Positions 1-11,061 of a stretch of DNA of 64,000 nt are shown here, one piece after another. Location of the stretch: assembly GCA_049968255.1 (NCBI GenBank), contig JBMFRB010000006.1:107572-171571 (forward strand). Reading direction: 5' to 3'. The stretch is from Candidatus Sumerlaeaceae bacterium. GTDB lineage: Bacteria > Sumerlaeota > Sumerlaeia > Sumerlaeales > Sumerlaeaceae. The notes under the pieces were generated by a model. It was not told the origin of the DNA. It saw only the letters and a program-made list of their open reading frames with translations, and did no database searches. Numbering within the stretch: the first letter of the stretch is position 1; every line of letters begins with the position of its first letter. The position numbers and the translations under genes are program-made.

Positions 1-28
1 GGAGAACTGCCGAAGAACAGGGACGTTT

Positions 29-1288
29 ATGCGACTTCGATGCTCGTTTTGTGGTAAAGACCAACATGCGGTAAAGACACTTTTTCGGGGCATGCCAACG
101 AAGGATACGTTGGCAAACGTCTTCATTTGCGACGACTGCGTGATGCAGTGCAGTGAACGGCTGCGCCAGGAGGAACTCTTGCGCGCAGAAGAAGCAGCGT
201 TGCAGAACGTCAAGCGCCTTCCGTCGCCTCGCGAGATCAAACAGATTCTTGACCAGTACGTCATCTCCCAGGAGCGGACTAAGAAAATCCTCAGTGTGGC
301 CGTCCACAATCACTACAAACGTATTATGTTTAATTACACGGCCGAGGACGTAGAGATTGAAAAAGCAAATATCCTGCTTATTGGGCCGACGGGTAGCGGG
401 AAAACGTTGTTGGCCCAAACACTGGCAAAAATCCTCGATGTGCCATTCGCCATCGCCGATGCAACCACACTGACGCAAGCGGGTTACGTAGGGGAAGACG
501 TCGAGAATATCCTGCTCAAACTATGGCAGAACGCGGGCCAAGACAAGGAACGGACGCAGCGTGGCATTGTCTACATTGACGAAATTGACAAGATCGCGCG
601 TACGACGCAAAATGTTTCGATAACTCGCGATGTGAGCGGCGAAGGTGTGCAGCAAGCTCTCTTGAAGATTCTCGAAGGCACCGTGGCGAATGTGCCACCT
701 GGCGGCGGACGCAAGCATCCGCACCAGGAATATATTACCATCGACACCACCAACATTCTTTTCATCTGTGGCGGGGCTTTTACAGGACTGGAAAAAATCA
801 TCGAGCATCGTGTTTCGGCCAAGAGCATGGGCTTTGGAGCGGAAATTGTTTCGCGGCGCGATCGCGATATCGGAAAACTTTTAGCGCAGGTCACGCCGCA
901 GGACCTTATGAAGTTCGGCTTCATTCCAGAGTTTATTGGGCGCCTACCGGTCGTGGCAACGCTTGAGAAGTTAGGCGAAAAAGAGCTTATTCAGATCCTC
1001 GTCGAGCCACGCAACGCCCTCGTGAAGCAGTACAAGAAATTTTTCGAGATGGAAGGGGTGGAGCTGACCATCACGCCGGATGCTCTCAAGACCATCGCCA
1101 GGCAAGCCCTCAAGATGGAAACAGGTGCGCGCGGCCTACGGGCGATTCTCGAAACGGTGATGTTGGATATCATGTTCGATTTGCCGTCGCGGGCCGCTGA
1201 GGTGGCGGAAGTAATCATTGACGCGGACGTGATCGAGGGAAAGGCAGAGCCGCATTACGTGGCACGGCAAAAAAAGGAAAGTGCGTAA
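29..1288 (+). CDS. clpX: ATP-dependent Clp protease ATP-binding subunit ClpX
   Basis: N-terminal C4 zinc finger (CSFCGK...CDDC). Walker A GPTGSGKT and full-length AAA+ ClpX-like sequence. 419 aa. Confidence 0.95.
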   Translation: MRLRCSFCGKDQHAVKTLFRGMPTKDTLANVFICDDCVMQCSERLRQEELLRAEEAALQNVKRLPSPREIKQILDQYVISQERTKKILSVAVHNHYKRIMFNYTAEDVEIEKANILLIGPTGSGKTLLAQTLAKILDVPFAIADATTLTQAGYVGEDVENILLKLWQNAGQDKERTQRGIVYIDEIDKIARTTQNVSITRDVSGEGVQQALLKILEGTVANVPPGGGRKHPHQEYITIDTTNILFICGGAFTGLEKIIEHRVSAKSMGFGAEIVSRRDRDIGKLLAQVTPQDLMKFGFIPEFIGRLPVVATLEKLGEKELIQILVEPRNALVKQYKKFFEMEGVELTITPDALKTIARQALKMETGARGLRAILETVMLDIMFDLPSRAAEVAEVIIDADVIEGKAEPHYVARQKKESA

Positions 1289-1358
1289 GGCTCACTGACT
1301 CAGCACGGACGAGTGCGGGCCGTATCAATTGTGAAGAGAAGAAAGGGAAACGCGACCA

Positions 1359-2939
1359 ATGCCATACGATCCTCATGATGAGGCTTTACAAGAATTCCGC
1401 GTTGCCGTACCGGGTCATGCAATCCGCAATGTCTCGGTCCCTCAGCTCGTTGAGTTTGCTATTGCTCACAAGGAAGGCCAACTGGCCTCCAATGGGGCGT
1501 TCAATGCCATCACGGCACCACGAACAGGACGGTCGCCAAAGGACAAATTTATCGTGCGGAGTGGCGAGGCGGCCAATCTTGTTCACTGGGGGCCGAATAC
1601 GCCTTTTGAGCCCGAGCATTTTGATGCACTCTTTAGCCGGGCTGCGGAATACGTGCGCCAGCGGACCATGTACGTTTTCGATGGTTATTCCGGCGCCGAT
1701 CCACGCTATCGCCTACCGATTCGCGTGAAAACCGAGCTAGCATGGCACAACCTTTTCGCACATCAGCTTTTCATCCGTCCGTCGCATGAGGAACTCAGGA
1801 CTCATCGGCCGAGCTTCACGGTGATTGCAGTTCCTGCGTTCCGCGCGCGCCCCGAGCGCGATCATACGAACTCTGAAGCGTTTATTATCATCAATTATGA
1901 GAGGCGACTCGTCCTCATCGGAGGCACGCGTTATGCCGGCGAGATCAAGAAGAGTATGTTCACTGTGATGAACTATCTTTTACCTCGCCAAGGCGTGTTG
2001 CCAATGCACTGCTCGGCCAATGTGGGCGAGCGCGGCGACGTGGCGCTTTTCTTCGGACTTAGCGGGACAGGAAAAACCACTCTCAGCGCTGACCCGAAGC
2101 GCCGCCTGATCGGCGACGACGAGCACGGATGGAGCGATGACGGCGTGTTCAACTTCGAGGGCGGGTGCTATGCGAAAGTCATCGGGCTGACGCGAGAAAA
2201 AGAGCCGCAGATTTACGATGCGATCCGTTTTGGGGCCGTTCTCGAAAACGTTGTGCTCGATGATGAACGCAATCCAGATTATACTGACAATTTTATTACG
2301 GAAAATACACGCTGTGCTTACCCCATTAATTTCATCGAGAACGCGGTGATTCCTGGCATTGGGGGACACCCAAACCACGTCATCTTCCTGACCGCTGATG
2401 CGACAGGCGTCCTGCCGCCCGTGGCCAGGCTCAACGAGGCTCAGGCCATGTATCATTTCTTGAGCGGTTACACGTCGAAGCTTGCCGGCACAGAAACCGG
2501 CGTGAAAGAGCCGCAGTCGGTGTTCTCGAGCTGCTTTGGTGCACCCTTCCTCCCGTTGGCGCCCCATGTCTATGCAGAGATGCTGGGTGAGCGGCTTCGC
2601 AAGCACAAAGCGCAGTGCTGGCTGGTGAATACTGGATGGATCGGCGGACCCTTCGGAGTGGGCCACCGCATTGATCTGCCTTACACGCGCTCAATTATCC
2701 ATGCTATTTTGGATAATAAGCTAGCAGATGTCGATTATAGCGAAGACGCGATGTTTGGCTTTGCTGTCCCAAAGACTGTGCCAGAGGTGCCGGCGGATAT
2801 TCTGCTCCCACGCAATAGCTGGCCAGATAAGGCAGCTTACGATGAGGCAGCAAAGAAGCTCGCTCAAACGTTCAAAACGAATTTCGAGCGCTTTTCTGGA
2901 ATTAGCCCTGAAATTGTGGCTGGTGGGCCGCGCGTTTAG
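1359..2939 (+). CDS. pckA: phosphoenolpyruvate carboxykinase (ATP)
   Basis: 526 aa. Kinase-1a P-loop [11 protein letters not shown] and overall PEPCK-ATP architecture. AGGGA RBS upstream. Confidence 0.93.
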   Translation: MPYDPHDEALQEFRVAVPGHAIRNVSVPQLVEFAIAHKEGQLASNGAFNAITAPRTGRSPKDKFIVRSGEAANLVHWGPNTPFEPEHFDALFSRAAEYVRQRTMYVFDGYSGADPRYRLPIRVKTELAWHNLFAHQLFIRPSHEELRTHRPSFTVIAVPAFRARPERDHTNSEAFIIINYERRLVLIGGTRYAGEIKKSMFTVMNYLLPRQGVLPMHCSANVGERGDVALFFGLSGTGKTTLSADPKRRLIGDDEHGWSDDGVFNFEGGCYAKVIGLTREKEPQIYDAIRFGAVLENVVLDDERNPDYTDNFITENTRCAYPINFIENAVIPGIGGHPNHVIFLTADATGVLPPVARLNEAQAMYHFLSGYTSKLAGTETGVKEPQSVFSSCFGAPFLPLAPHVYAEMLGERLRKHKAQCWLVNTGWIGGPFGVGHRIDLPYTRSIIHAILDNKLADVDYSEDAMFGFAVPKTVPEVPADILLPRNSWPDKAAYDEAAKKLAQTFKTNFERFSGISPEIVAGGPRV

Positions 2940-3023
2940 GCGACGCCTCTTGCAGTGCACGGATAGCTATACCGCCTTTTGCTGACCACAGGCAAGGTCG
3001 CGGTTCCGGCTTAGTGGAAGAAT

Positions 3024-4235
3024 TCAGGGATAGACTTGTCGGTGGTTGACCTCGTGGCCTTGCGGCACAACGGCGCCGGGCTTGATGCGTGCGGCTTTGC
3101 CGATAAGTGTAAGGGGCCCACGGGCTGGGTCAGGTGGCTGAGGCAATGTGCCTTCTCCCACGCGGCAGCGTGCGCCGAAAACGGCGTCGCGATCGCTAAT
3201 GACGTATTCAAGCTGGGCTCCCTCGCCAACGATGCAGTCGTGCATGAGGATGCAGTGGCGTACTGTGGCGCCCCGCTCCACTTGCACACCGGGCGAGACA
3301 ATGGAGTTTTCAACGGTGCCTTCGATGAGGCATTTCGGGCCGAGGAAAGAGTGCACGACGTTGGCAGCGCTTGTGATCCGTGTTGCCGGTGCCACACCGA
3401 CATCCCGAAATTCAAGATTTGTAAGAATCCCCCAGCTCTGAAGCTCCGCAAAGCGGTCGGCGTGGAGCATTCGCATTTGCGTGTCGAAATAGTCGATCAC
3501 ATTTTCCATGTAGTCCCACGTGCCAGGCATGCAGTAAGCATAGGAGTTCAGTGTATGGACGCGTGGCTCAAGCACATGCTTAGCCAGGTTGTGGTTGGTG
3601 TCGCGAGCGTTCTCGCGAAGAAGCTCTTCGAGCACTTCGCGCCGGAAGACATACATGCCCGTGGATGTGCACGTGTCGGGCGGCACATCGGGTTTTTCGA
3701 TGAAGCGCTCGATGCGTGAGTTCTCTCCCACGAAGACGTAGCCAAAGCGTGACCGGCGTTGTTCGGCAAGCAGATCGCACGTAATCATGGTGACGTCGGC
3801 ACGCATGTCGCAGTGGAAATTGAGCACTGGCCGAAAATCGAGGTGATAGACATGCTCGCCACTGAGCACAACGATGTGCTCCGGATTACAGTCCTCGATG
3901 AAGTTCCAGTTCTGCCAAAGAGCATCAGCCGTGCCCTTGTACCACGCTGTGGTCTCGACGCCTACGAAGGGCGGCATGATTTTCAGGCAGCGACCGTAAC
4001 CATAGAGATCCCAAGGCAGGCCGACGCCTACGTGCTCGATGAGCGACGCTGGGAGATATTGAATGACTAGACCGATTTGCTCGATGCCGGAGTTCTTGAG
4101 ATTCGACAGCGTGAAGTCTATTATACGATAATGAGAGGCGAACGTGAGTGCTCCTTTGGCGCGATTGCGCGTAAGCACACCATAGAGACCTGTTTTGCCT
4201 CCGGCGAGGACCAGCGCGACCACCTTCTTCATCAT
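3024..4235 (-). CDS. glgC: glucose-1-phosphate adenylyltransferase
   Basis: N-terminus VLAGGKTG..L..NRAKGALTFA is typical of GlgC, with a C-terminal left-handed beta-helix region. GGAGGG RBS before tandem ATGs. Confidence 0.9.
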   Translation of the reverse strand: MMKKVVALVLAGGKTGLYGVLTRNRAKGALTFASHYRIIDFTLSNLKNSGIEQIGLVIQYLPASLIEHVGVGLPWDLYGYGRCLKIMPPFVGVETTAWYKGTADALWQNWNFIEDCNPEHIVVLSGEHVYHLDFRPVLNFHCDMRADVTMITCDLLAEQRRSRFGYVFVGENSRIERFIEKPDVPPDTCTSTGMYVFRREVLEELLRENARDTNHNLAKHVLEPRVHTLNSYAYCMPGTWDYMENVIDYFDTQMRMLHADRFAELQSWGILTNLEFRDVGVAPATRITSAANVVHSFLGPKCLIEGTVENSIVSPGVQVERGATVRHCILMHDCIVGEGAQLEYVISDRDAVFGARCRVGEGTLPQPPDPARGPLTLIGKAARIKPGAVVPQGHEVNHRQVYP

Positions 4236-4311
4236 TCTCCCTCCAACGCGGAAGAGCGGCTTCTTCGATTAGCGCACCCGAGCAGCTCTTCCTTTTTATC
4301 CGATGTCTAGT

Positions 4312-5640
4312 TTAGCCAGCAGCCGCCGACAGTCTGCAAGGTTTTTGCGAGCGAAAAACGAGGCCCGTTAGCGTAAGATAGAGCGCTAGCGTTGGATAAA
4401 ATTTGCTGCTCATGAGCAGGACGCCCCAGCCATGGCGAAAATGTTCGGCGTCAAACCGGATGGGAACCGCAGTGATGAGATAGCAGATAAGAGCGCCAAG
4501 CACCAAACCTTCAAAATGCAGCTCGATGCCCCGCGCAACGAGCCAGGATACGGGTAAAAGCAAAAGGATAAGATAGTGATCCCACAGAAGGGAGGGCAGC
4601 AGCAGACTGAGAAGCAACGCCATGAAGAAGAGCCCCTCCGTGGCAAGCGCGCTTGCCCTCGGATCACGTGCTAAGGTTCGACGGCTTGCGTGAAAAGCAG
4701 CGAAGACAAACAGCAGGAGCATCGTAAGGCTACCCGTGATCGTTAGCAAGTTAGCTAGCTTTTGGGAAGCGGAATACCAGCTCACGGTCACATGGTTTGC
4801 TTCCACGAAGAGATGTGTAAGAAGCGAGTTGAGGCTTTGATTCCAAGGGTCTTTCCAAAAGGTGGCGCCATAGTGCTGCCATGTGGACTTGCCGTACCCC
4901 ATTTGCGCCAGCACGGGAAGAAACGCGAGGTGCATCCGCCAGCCAGCGATTGCTATCGAAACGAGGAGCAATGCGGCACATGTCGCCACCATGGCCAGCA
5001 GCGCTCTCCAGCGCTGGACAAGCAGGAGATAAAGTGCAAAGAGTCCGGGCGCGAGCTTGAACATGGCGCCAAAACCAAGGACGGCACCGGCCAGCAAGTC
5101 GCGGGTCCGCTGAAGTGATATAAAACTAACAACATAACATAATAATAGCACGATATTGAGTTGGCCTGCGGTAAAAGTCCGGCTGAGGGGATGAGAAATT
5201 GCTGCAAGGAGGGCGAGAACATTGAGCCAGCCAAGGGAGCCGATCAGGGGTTGGGTGAATGGGGTGAGGGTGCGGGCCCACAGGATAAGAGAGGCAAAAA
5301 GGAGCATGTGATTCGTGACAAACCAGAAATGGGCGGCGGTGGGAAAGGAGAAAAACCTCAGGAAACCAAGCGCGATACCTGTGAATGGAAGGTAAACGTA
5401 AGGGTTTAGGGCGGCGGTTCCGAGGCCATAGTCTTTTGCAACATCAAGCAGGGATTCTGCCGAATAGGGATCGCGGTGAGTCCAAATAGCCTGCGTTCCC
5501 AGATAAATATGTTTGAAGTCATTGCTGTGGAGATGCGTGAGAGGTTGCCAGACTTGGAAATACGCGTAGACCGCAAGAGCGGCCAGGAGCAGTGCGGGGC
5601 TATTCAAGAGTGTTCTGACAAATGTGGAGAGCATTGTCAT
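4312..5640 (-). CDS. polytopic integral membrane protein, DUF2029/GT87-like putative glycosyltransferase
   Basis: 442 aa with at least 10 predicted TM helices. Overlaps the upstream gene by 4 nt (ATGA). Family assignment is by resemblance only. Confidence 0.4.
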   Translation of the reverse strand: MTMLSTFVRTLLNSPALLLAALAVYAYFQVWQPLTHLHSNDFKHIYLGTQAIWTHRDPYSAESLLDVAKDYGLGTAALNPYVYLPFTGIALGFLRFFSFPTAAHFWFVTNHMLLFASLILWARTLTPFTQPLIGSLGWLNVLALLAAISHPLSRTFTAGQLNIVLLLCYVVSFISLQRTRDLLAGAVLGFGAMFKLAPGLFALYLLLVQRWRALLAMVATCAALLLVSIAIAGWRMHLAFLPVLAQMGYGKSTWQHYGATFWKDPWNQSLNSLLTHLFVEANHVTVSWYSASQKLANLLTITGSLTMLLLFVFAAFHASRRTLARDPRASALATEGLFFMALLLSLLLPSLLWDHYLILLLLPVSWLVARGIELHFEGLVLGALICYLITAVPIRFDAEHFRHGWGVLLMSSKFYPTLALYLTLTGLVFRSQKPCRLSAAAG

Positions 5641-7844
5641 TGGGTGGTTCGCTCGTCAACTGAGAAAATTCGGAACACTGTTACACCGGGTGGAATTCGC
5701 ACCCGCTGCGTACTGCAGTGCGAGAGAAGACTCTCGTAGAGCTGCCATTCGTGTGGCGAGAACCTTGGCTTCCAATAGCGGGCCAGCTGCGGGGCTAGCT
5801 CAGTATCGTTGACGAGAATCCAGGCAATTCCACGGCGATGAAGCGCTTTGAGTAAGGCGGGAACATCAGTGGTTTTCTCCTCCCGCATTATGGCAAGAAT
5901 GGCCGGGGTGTCGAACCAGTCGCTCCAAATGCCCTCGAACGGTGCATAGAAAATTCTATGTTCGCCAATGAGGAGCACTTTTTCCCCCGTGCGCACGTGA
6001 TCGCCAAGCCAACGGTATGCGCGATAGTAATTCAATGCCTCGGCCAGATACTCATCACGGGAAAGCGCCCCAGAAAGATACGCGCTCGTCGGTGGACGAT
6101 GAATGGTGGTCACGTACTGGACGTTGTAGAGAAGCCCGTAAAACGCGGTTAGCGCGCACGCGATGAAGCCCGCGCGACGCGCCCAGCTCTGCATTGCTAA
6201 ATGGGAAAGGCCAAAGGACGCTCCGAGAAAAAACAGAGCGGTTGGGGGACCGAGCATACGGTTGCTCTGATACGTGAAGAACCAGAGCGCGTAGAGGAGC
6301 AACGCAAACACAAAGATGAAGATGTGCCATGTGCGCCCTGTGCGAGCACGGCAAAGAAGAAAACCGGGCGCGGCGAGCAGCAAGCCAACAAGCAGGTGGG
6401 CACTGAGGAAGTGGTGCTCGAAGGCTATCCAGTGAAAGGTTGCAGCCAGGGGCGAAAGGAGAACATTTGCAGGAGTCTTTGAGATTCCTTTTTCCGCCAT
6501 CTTTGCTGCGTAGAGGGAAACATTCGCGGGGCCGAATTCCCCGTACCCGAAAATCGAGCCAGCCAACGGATAGAGTGGATTTCCGGTGTAGGCGATGTTT
6601 TTCGCAAACCAAACAAACGAGGTCAGCACCATGAGTGCGAGAGCGAAAAGAAAGTTCCGCACGAGTTTGCGAATGGGTCTTGGTTGAGAACGTTGAGCAG
6701 TGAGGTGAAGGCTCAGCACGGCAGGAATCATCAAGGCTACGTAGGCTAGGCTCGTATACTTTGTGCCAAGGGCGGCGCCAAGGACAGAACCTAAAACAGC
6801 AAAATCAGACAGTCGGCCGCGTTCTAGTGCAAGATAGGCAGCAAAAATGCTGACAAGCCAGTAGAACGTGACCGCCTGATCAATGAAAGGCCAGGCGGCG
6901 ACAATGGCATGGGCTGGCATCGTCCAGTAAAGCCACGTTGGAAGCCATGCGACGACTTGGCCAACAGACGAGCGGCTCCAACGGCGTGCGTGCGCGTGTA
7001 ACATACGCGCTGTCATCGCGTACAACGTTCCGCCGGCTGCTAAAAAGAACGTGAAGTGAACGAGCTGGGCTTGCTCAGGCAAGCCGGCCGCAACCCCAAA
7101 AGCAAAGTGCATCTCGATGAGAAAGGGAAAGTTACTGAAGGCGTTAAGGGGGAGGTAAACAACACGCCCACGGCGAAGCCACTCCTGTATGGCTGCAAGA
7201 TGATAGCGCATCCCATCGGACTGAATCGGTGGCGTGAGGGCGTACAGAAGCAAGAAAAATAGATAAATTGTTATTAACGTTGAGAGAGCAGTGAAGACTG
7301 GCGTTTTCCCCCCTAACCGCAAATGCGCCCATTTGCCTCGCCAACACGCACGTGCAGAGGGGACAAAAAACAGCCAGCCAACGAGAAGCATGGCTATAAA
7401 CCCCCCGCTGCGGAAGCCCCCAGCCAGCCCCATCACTACTGTGGCTAGACCTAACCACAAAATGCCCAGAGAAAAGCGCAAAATTGTGCGCTCGTTGCGG
7501 GTGAGGTGATAGAGCAAAAAGCGTTGCCCCAGCCCACCCCAGCCTAGGACAGCGCCTAGCCACACGAAAAACAGTCCGATATTTTTCCATGTCTCAGCGC
7601 GGAGAAGAAACGCAGGCAACGCACTGACAATTGCTGTTATCCCGTTAATGAGTTTACTAGGTGAGATAGCAGCATCCCATTGATTTGGGCTAGGCTGATC
7701 GGAGGGCCAATTGCACCAAATTGGCAACGCGACAGCGACGACAAATGCTTGCACGACTAGTGTCGTGGCTATAAGATGTGTCGCACGCTGGCTCAAGCTC
7801 GGCGTCATGCTCCAGGTTTTTTTAGTTGGTTTTGGGACGCTCAC
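5637..7844 (-). CDS. large polytopic membrane protein with C-terminal soluble domain, putative GT-C fold (ArnT/PMT-like) glycosyltransferase
   Basis: 735 aa. N-terminal two-thirds is multi-TM and the C-terminal roughly 200 aa are soluble. Lies 15 nt downstream of the D-aminoacylase gene on the same strand. Confidence 0.4.
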   Translation of the reverse strand: MSVPKPTKKTWSMTPSLSQRATHLIATTLVVQAFVVAVALPIWCNWPSDQPSPNQWDAAISPSKLINGITAIVSALPAFLLRAETWKNIGLFFVWLGAVLGWGGLGQRFLLYHLTRNERTILRFSLGILWLGLATVVMGLAGGFRSGGFIAMLLVGWLFFVPSARACWRGKWAHLRLGGKTPVFTALSTLITIYLFFLLLYALTPPIQSDGMRYHLAAIQEWLRRGRVVYLPLNAFSNFPFLIEMHFAFGVAAGLPEQAQLVHFTFFLAAGGTLYAMTARMLHAHARRWSRSSVGQVVAWLPTWLYWTMPAHAIVAAWPFIDQAVTFYWLVSIFAAYLALERGRLSDFAVLGSVLGAALGTKYTSLAYVALMIPAVLSLHLTAQRSQPRPIRKLVRNFLFALALMVLTSFVWFAKNIAYTGNPLYPLAGSIFGYGEFGPANVSLYAAKMAEKGISKTPANVLLSPLAATFHWIAFEHHFLSAHLLVGLLLAAPGFLLCRARTGRTWHIFIFVFALLLYALWFFTYQSNRMLGPPTALFFLGASFGLSHLAMQSWARRAGFIACALTAFYGLLYNVQYVTTIHRPPTSAYLSGALSRDEYLAEALNYYRAYRWLGDHVRTGEKVLLIGEHRIFYAPFEGIWSDWFDTPAILAIMREEKTTDVPALLKALHRRGIAWILVNDTELAPQLARYWKPRFSPHEWQLYESLLSHCSTQRVRIPPGVTVFRIFSVDERTTQ

Positions 7845-7858
7845 AAATCTCTTCGTGC

Positions 7859-9511
7859 CTACCAGCGAAATGCGTTCTCACAGGCCGTGTCCGGGTCGCG
7901 TCCTTTTCCTGGGCCGTACAGGATCTTGCCCGGAAGTGCACCCGTGAGTTTCCCCTCCTCGATAACGAAACGTCCGTTGACCATCACGTAATCGAATCCC
8001 TCAGCATATGCATGAGGCTGATCGAACGTTGTTTTCTCTTTTACGCGATCAAGATCGAAAACGACGAGATCGGCAGTCATGCCCGGCCTCAGAATACCGC
8101 GATCGAAGATGTGCATGCGCTGAGCGGCCAGCGAGGTCATCCGGCGCACAGCTTCTTCAAGATGCAGCAGCTTCAGCTCGCGGACGTAGCGCTGAAGGAT
8201 CCGTGCGTTGTTGCCATAGCCGCGAGGATGGGGGACGCCGACACCGAAGGCGCGCACACCAGAGTCCGACGCAAACGCGGTGTTGTGATGGCAAGCCACA
8301 CGTTGGACATCGTCTTCGGCCATACTGTGGAAGACCATACTGGCGCCACCGCTGGTCATAATATCCACGACAACCTGCGCTTGCGCATGCCAAGAATCGC
8401 AACCGTAGCGCTCGCGTGCGAGTTCTAACAGGTTCTTGCCATTGATTGATGGATCCGCCCGGCAGCTAGCCACGACGGCATAGCCGAGATCTTTCCGGCC
8501 GGACTTATCACGGCGCTCTTCGATGATCCCTGCGATGATTTTTTCGCGCGTAGCCGGATCTCGTAGACGCGACTGTACTTCCTCGCGCGTTCCTTCGACG
8601 GCCCAGTCGGGCAACATAGTCGAGATGCTCGTGGATGAGGCTGTGTAAACATATTGGTCGCACGCGACGTCAATACCGGAGTCCCGTGCTTTGTCCATCA
8701 TGGCGAGTGTGATTGTGGTTTGGCCGAAACGCATGGGTGCGACAATTTTGTGGTGCGAGACCTGAACGGGAATCTTCGCAGCGAGGCCGACTGTCAGAGC
8801 CTCATCCAAAGCGTTGATCACGTCGATTCCTTCGCTGCGCATGTGGGTGGCGTAGATGCCGCCGAAGCGAGCCACTTCCTTGGCTAGCTCAGTAATTTCC
8901 GGCGTTTTTGAGTAGATGCCTGGCGTGTAGATAAGGCCGGTGGAGAGACCGAGGGCGCCGTCTTTCATGGCTTCGCGGACGAGGCGCTTCATTTCGGCAA
9001 GTTCGGTGGTGCTAGGATCGCGTGCGACGTTTTTCATTACGGCGAAGCGCACCGTATTGTGGCCAATGAGTGAGGCAACATTCACCCCGAGGCCGCGCAG
9101 CGACATCGATGTGAACGCTTCATCGAGACGTAGATAGGAACTGCCGCAATTGCCCGTGATCACAGTGGTCACGCCCATACGCACGAAGTTCTCGGCCTGG
9201 GGCATCTTGAGGAGATCATCTTCGCAATGCGTGTGCACGTCCACAAAACCGGGCGTGACGTAGCGCTCGTGGGCATCAATGACTAGCGGCGCTGTGGCGC
9301 AAGGATCCAACTTGCCGATTGTGGCGATCTTCTCGCCCTTGATTGCCACATCGCCACGGAACCAAGGTGCAGCCGTGCCATCAATGATTCGGCCGTTGCG
9401 GATGATGATATCGTAGTGAGGCGGCGTGGCTAGGTCATTTGCGGAGAAAGCAGTCAGCGCAGCTTCAAATACGGCCGCCACTCCAAGTAGCCAGAGGGGA
9501 TGTTTTGGCAT
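7859..9511 (-). CDS. N-acyl-D-amino-acid deacylase (D-aminoacylase) family amidohydrolase, secreted
   Basis: Amidohydrolase-3 motifs (VDVHTHCEDD; C-terminal GFDYVMVNGRFVIEEGKLTG). Start moved to the internal ATG at 9511, which is preceded by an AGGAGG RBS and followed by a signal peptide (MPKHPLWLLGVAAVFEAALTAFSA). Confidence 0.75.
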   Translation of the reverse strand: MPKHPLWLLGVAAVFEAALTAFSANDLATPPHYDIIIRNGRIIDGTAAPWFRGDVAIKGEKIATIGKLDPCATAPLVIDAHERYVTPGFVDVHTHCEDDLLKMPQAENFVRMGVTTVITGNCGSSYLRLDEAFTSMSLRGLGVNVASLIGHNTVRFAVMKNVARDPSTTELAEMKRLVREAMKDGALGLSTGLIYTPGIYSKTPEITELAKEVARFGGIYATHMRSEGIDVINALDEALTVGLAAKIPVQVSHHKIVAPMRFGQTTITLAMMDKARDSGIDVACDQYVYTASSTSISTMLPDWAVEGTREEVQSRLRDPATREKIIAGIIEERRDKSGRKDLGYAVVASCRADPSINGKNLLELARERYGCDSWHAQAQVVVDIMTSGGASMVFHSMAEDDVQRVACHHNTAFASDSGVRAFGVGVPHPRGYGNNARILQRYVRELKLLHLEEAVRRMTSLAAQRMHIFDRGILRPGMTADLVVFDLDRVKEKTTFDQPHAYAEGFDYVMVNGRFVIEEGKLTGALPGKILYGPGKGRDPDTACENAFRW

Positions 9512-9565
9512 GCTTATGGATCCTCCTAACATTTCATTTTCACTGAAAAGTATCGGCTTGAGGCG

Positions 9566-11011
9566 TTGACACGTGTCACTGCCCGCACGATGCTTTGCGC
9601 CGCTATGCAAAAGAGTTCATCCAGCCAACCAACACTTGCCGAACTTTTTCGCAATGGCAATTTCGTGAAGTTCTGGGTTGGGCAGGTCATTTCGTATTTG
9701 GGTGACCGGGTCGACCAAATGGCGATGATTGCTGTGGTGAGCGCGGGCGTGAAGGGGGCCATTGCTGCAGATCGCGCAAATATGATCACCTTCTGGGCCA
9801 CCCTGCCGTACGTTTTTATGAGTTTTATTGCGGGCCCTGTCGTTGATCGCTTTGATCGCCGACGCCTTATGATTGCGCTCGATATTTTTCGTGCGCTTGT
9901 TGTTGTGGCTCTGCCCTTCACAATTTCGCCTGAGCACGACGTGAGGGTCATCTATGCGCTGGTCCTTCTTATTGGATGTGCCACGGCGATCTTTGCTCCG
10001 GCAAAGAGCGCGTTTCTGCCGGAAATCGTTTCCGAGCGGCAATTGTTGCGTGCGAACTCTGTGACCGCTACCATGGGCACTCTAACGACGCTTTTCGGTA
10101 CCATGATTGGCGGTGCTCTTGTGTCCGGTCTCTCGCGACTGAACGATATCGCGCACCACACGATTCCAGCACTCAGCGTCATTAAGATGCCTTTAGGAAT
10201 CGCAGCTGCTTTCGTGATAGATTCTGCCAGTTATTTGGTGTCGGCTCTGCTGCTCTGGTTGATCGTGGTTCAGGCTCAGGAGCGGGACCAAGTTGCGAAG
10301 CGCCAGTCGGCCTTTCGTTCGGAAGATGGCTTCTTGCGCCGTGCCTTCGATGGGGTGATCTTCTTGGCGCGGCATCGCGTGCCCGCTGTAGCAGCTTTTA
10401 TGGTTTCGTGGTTTTTCTTTATTGGAGGAGGTTATTTCACGCTGACGACTAAGCTCACGTACCTTCGGCTTGTGAAATCGGAAGCCAATGCCACGCTGCA
10501 GTTGGGTTTGGCTTACGGCGTTTTGGGGCTTGGTCTTGCGATCGGTGGAATTCTTGCAGGGCGAGTGGCGGCGCACTTGCATCTTCGCTATTTTTTGCCC
10601 GCGTGCTTTGTCACGGCGGCAGCCCTCATGTTGCTGAATCTTTTGCCGCTGCCACCGGCGACACTCTACTGGGTGAATTTGGCTATTGGTCTGGCAGCAG
10701 GTGGGGTCGTGGTTTCGACGGAAACGGTCATGCAACGCGCTGTGCCTGACCAAATGCGTGGGCGCGTGTTTGCGTTCAACAATCTGGTGCTCAACATTCT
10801 ACTTTTGAGCTCCATTCTCGCAGGGAGCACGATATTGAAAGAGGGCGGGGAACTAGCGGCCCGCTTCGGCGGCGATGAGCAGCGACTTGCTCAGCTCGCG
10901 TTGATCTTGAGCGGGCTTGCGATGATTGGCGCAGGCGTCGGTGCAATAGGTTTTCCGCGCGGATTGTCGATCGCCACAGTGCGCCAAACTGATGCTTCGC
11001 AGGCCGACTAA
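9566..11011 (+). CDS. MFS transporter
   Basis: 12-14 TM helices and N-terminal MFS motifs (WVGQVISYLGDRVD). True start may be a few codons downstream. Confidence 0.8.
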   Translation: MTRVTARTMLCAAMQKSSSSQPTLAELFRNGNFVKFWVGQVISYLGDRVDQMAMIAVVSAGVKGAIAADRANMITFWATLPYVFMSFIAGPVVDRFDRRRLMIALDIFRALVVVALPFTISPEHDVRVIYALVLLIGCATAIFAPAKSAFLPEIVSERQLLRANSVTATMGTLTTLFGTMIGGALVSGLSRLNDIAHHTIPALSVIKMPLGIAAAFVIDSASYLVSALLLWLIVVQAQERDQVAKRQSAFRSEDGFLRRAFDGVIFLARHRVPAVAAFMVSWFFFIGGGYFTLTTKLTYLRLVKSEANATLQLGLAYGVLGLGLAIGGILAGRVAAHLHLRYFLPACFVTAAALMLLNLLPLPPATLYWVNLAIGLAAGGVVVSTETVMQRAVPDQMRGRVFAFNNLVLNILLLSSILAGSTILKEGGELAARFGGDEQRLAQLALILSGLAMIGAGVGAIGFPRGLSIATVRQTDASQAD

Positions 11012-11061
11012 GTCGCGTGAATGCCGCGCGAGGCCATGAATCCTGAGCAAGTGCGACGCTT

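Noticed and set aside
1980-2666. 228-aa minus-strand ORF
   Set aside because: Antisense within pckA. High-GC shadow ORF.
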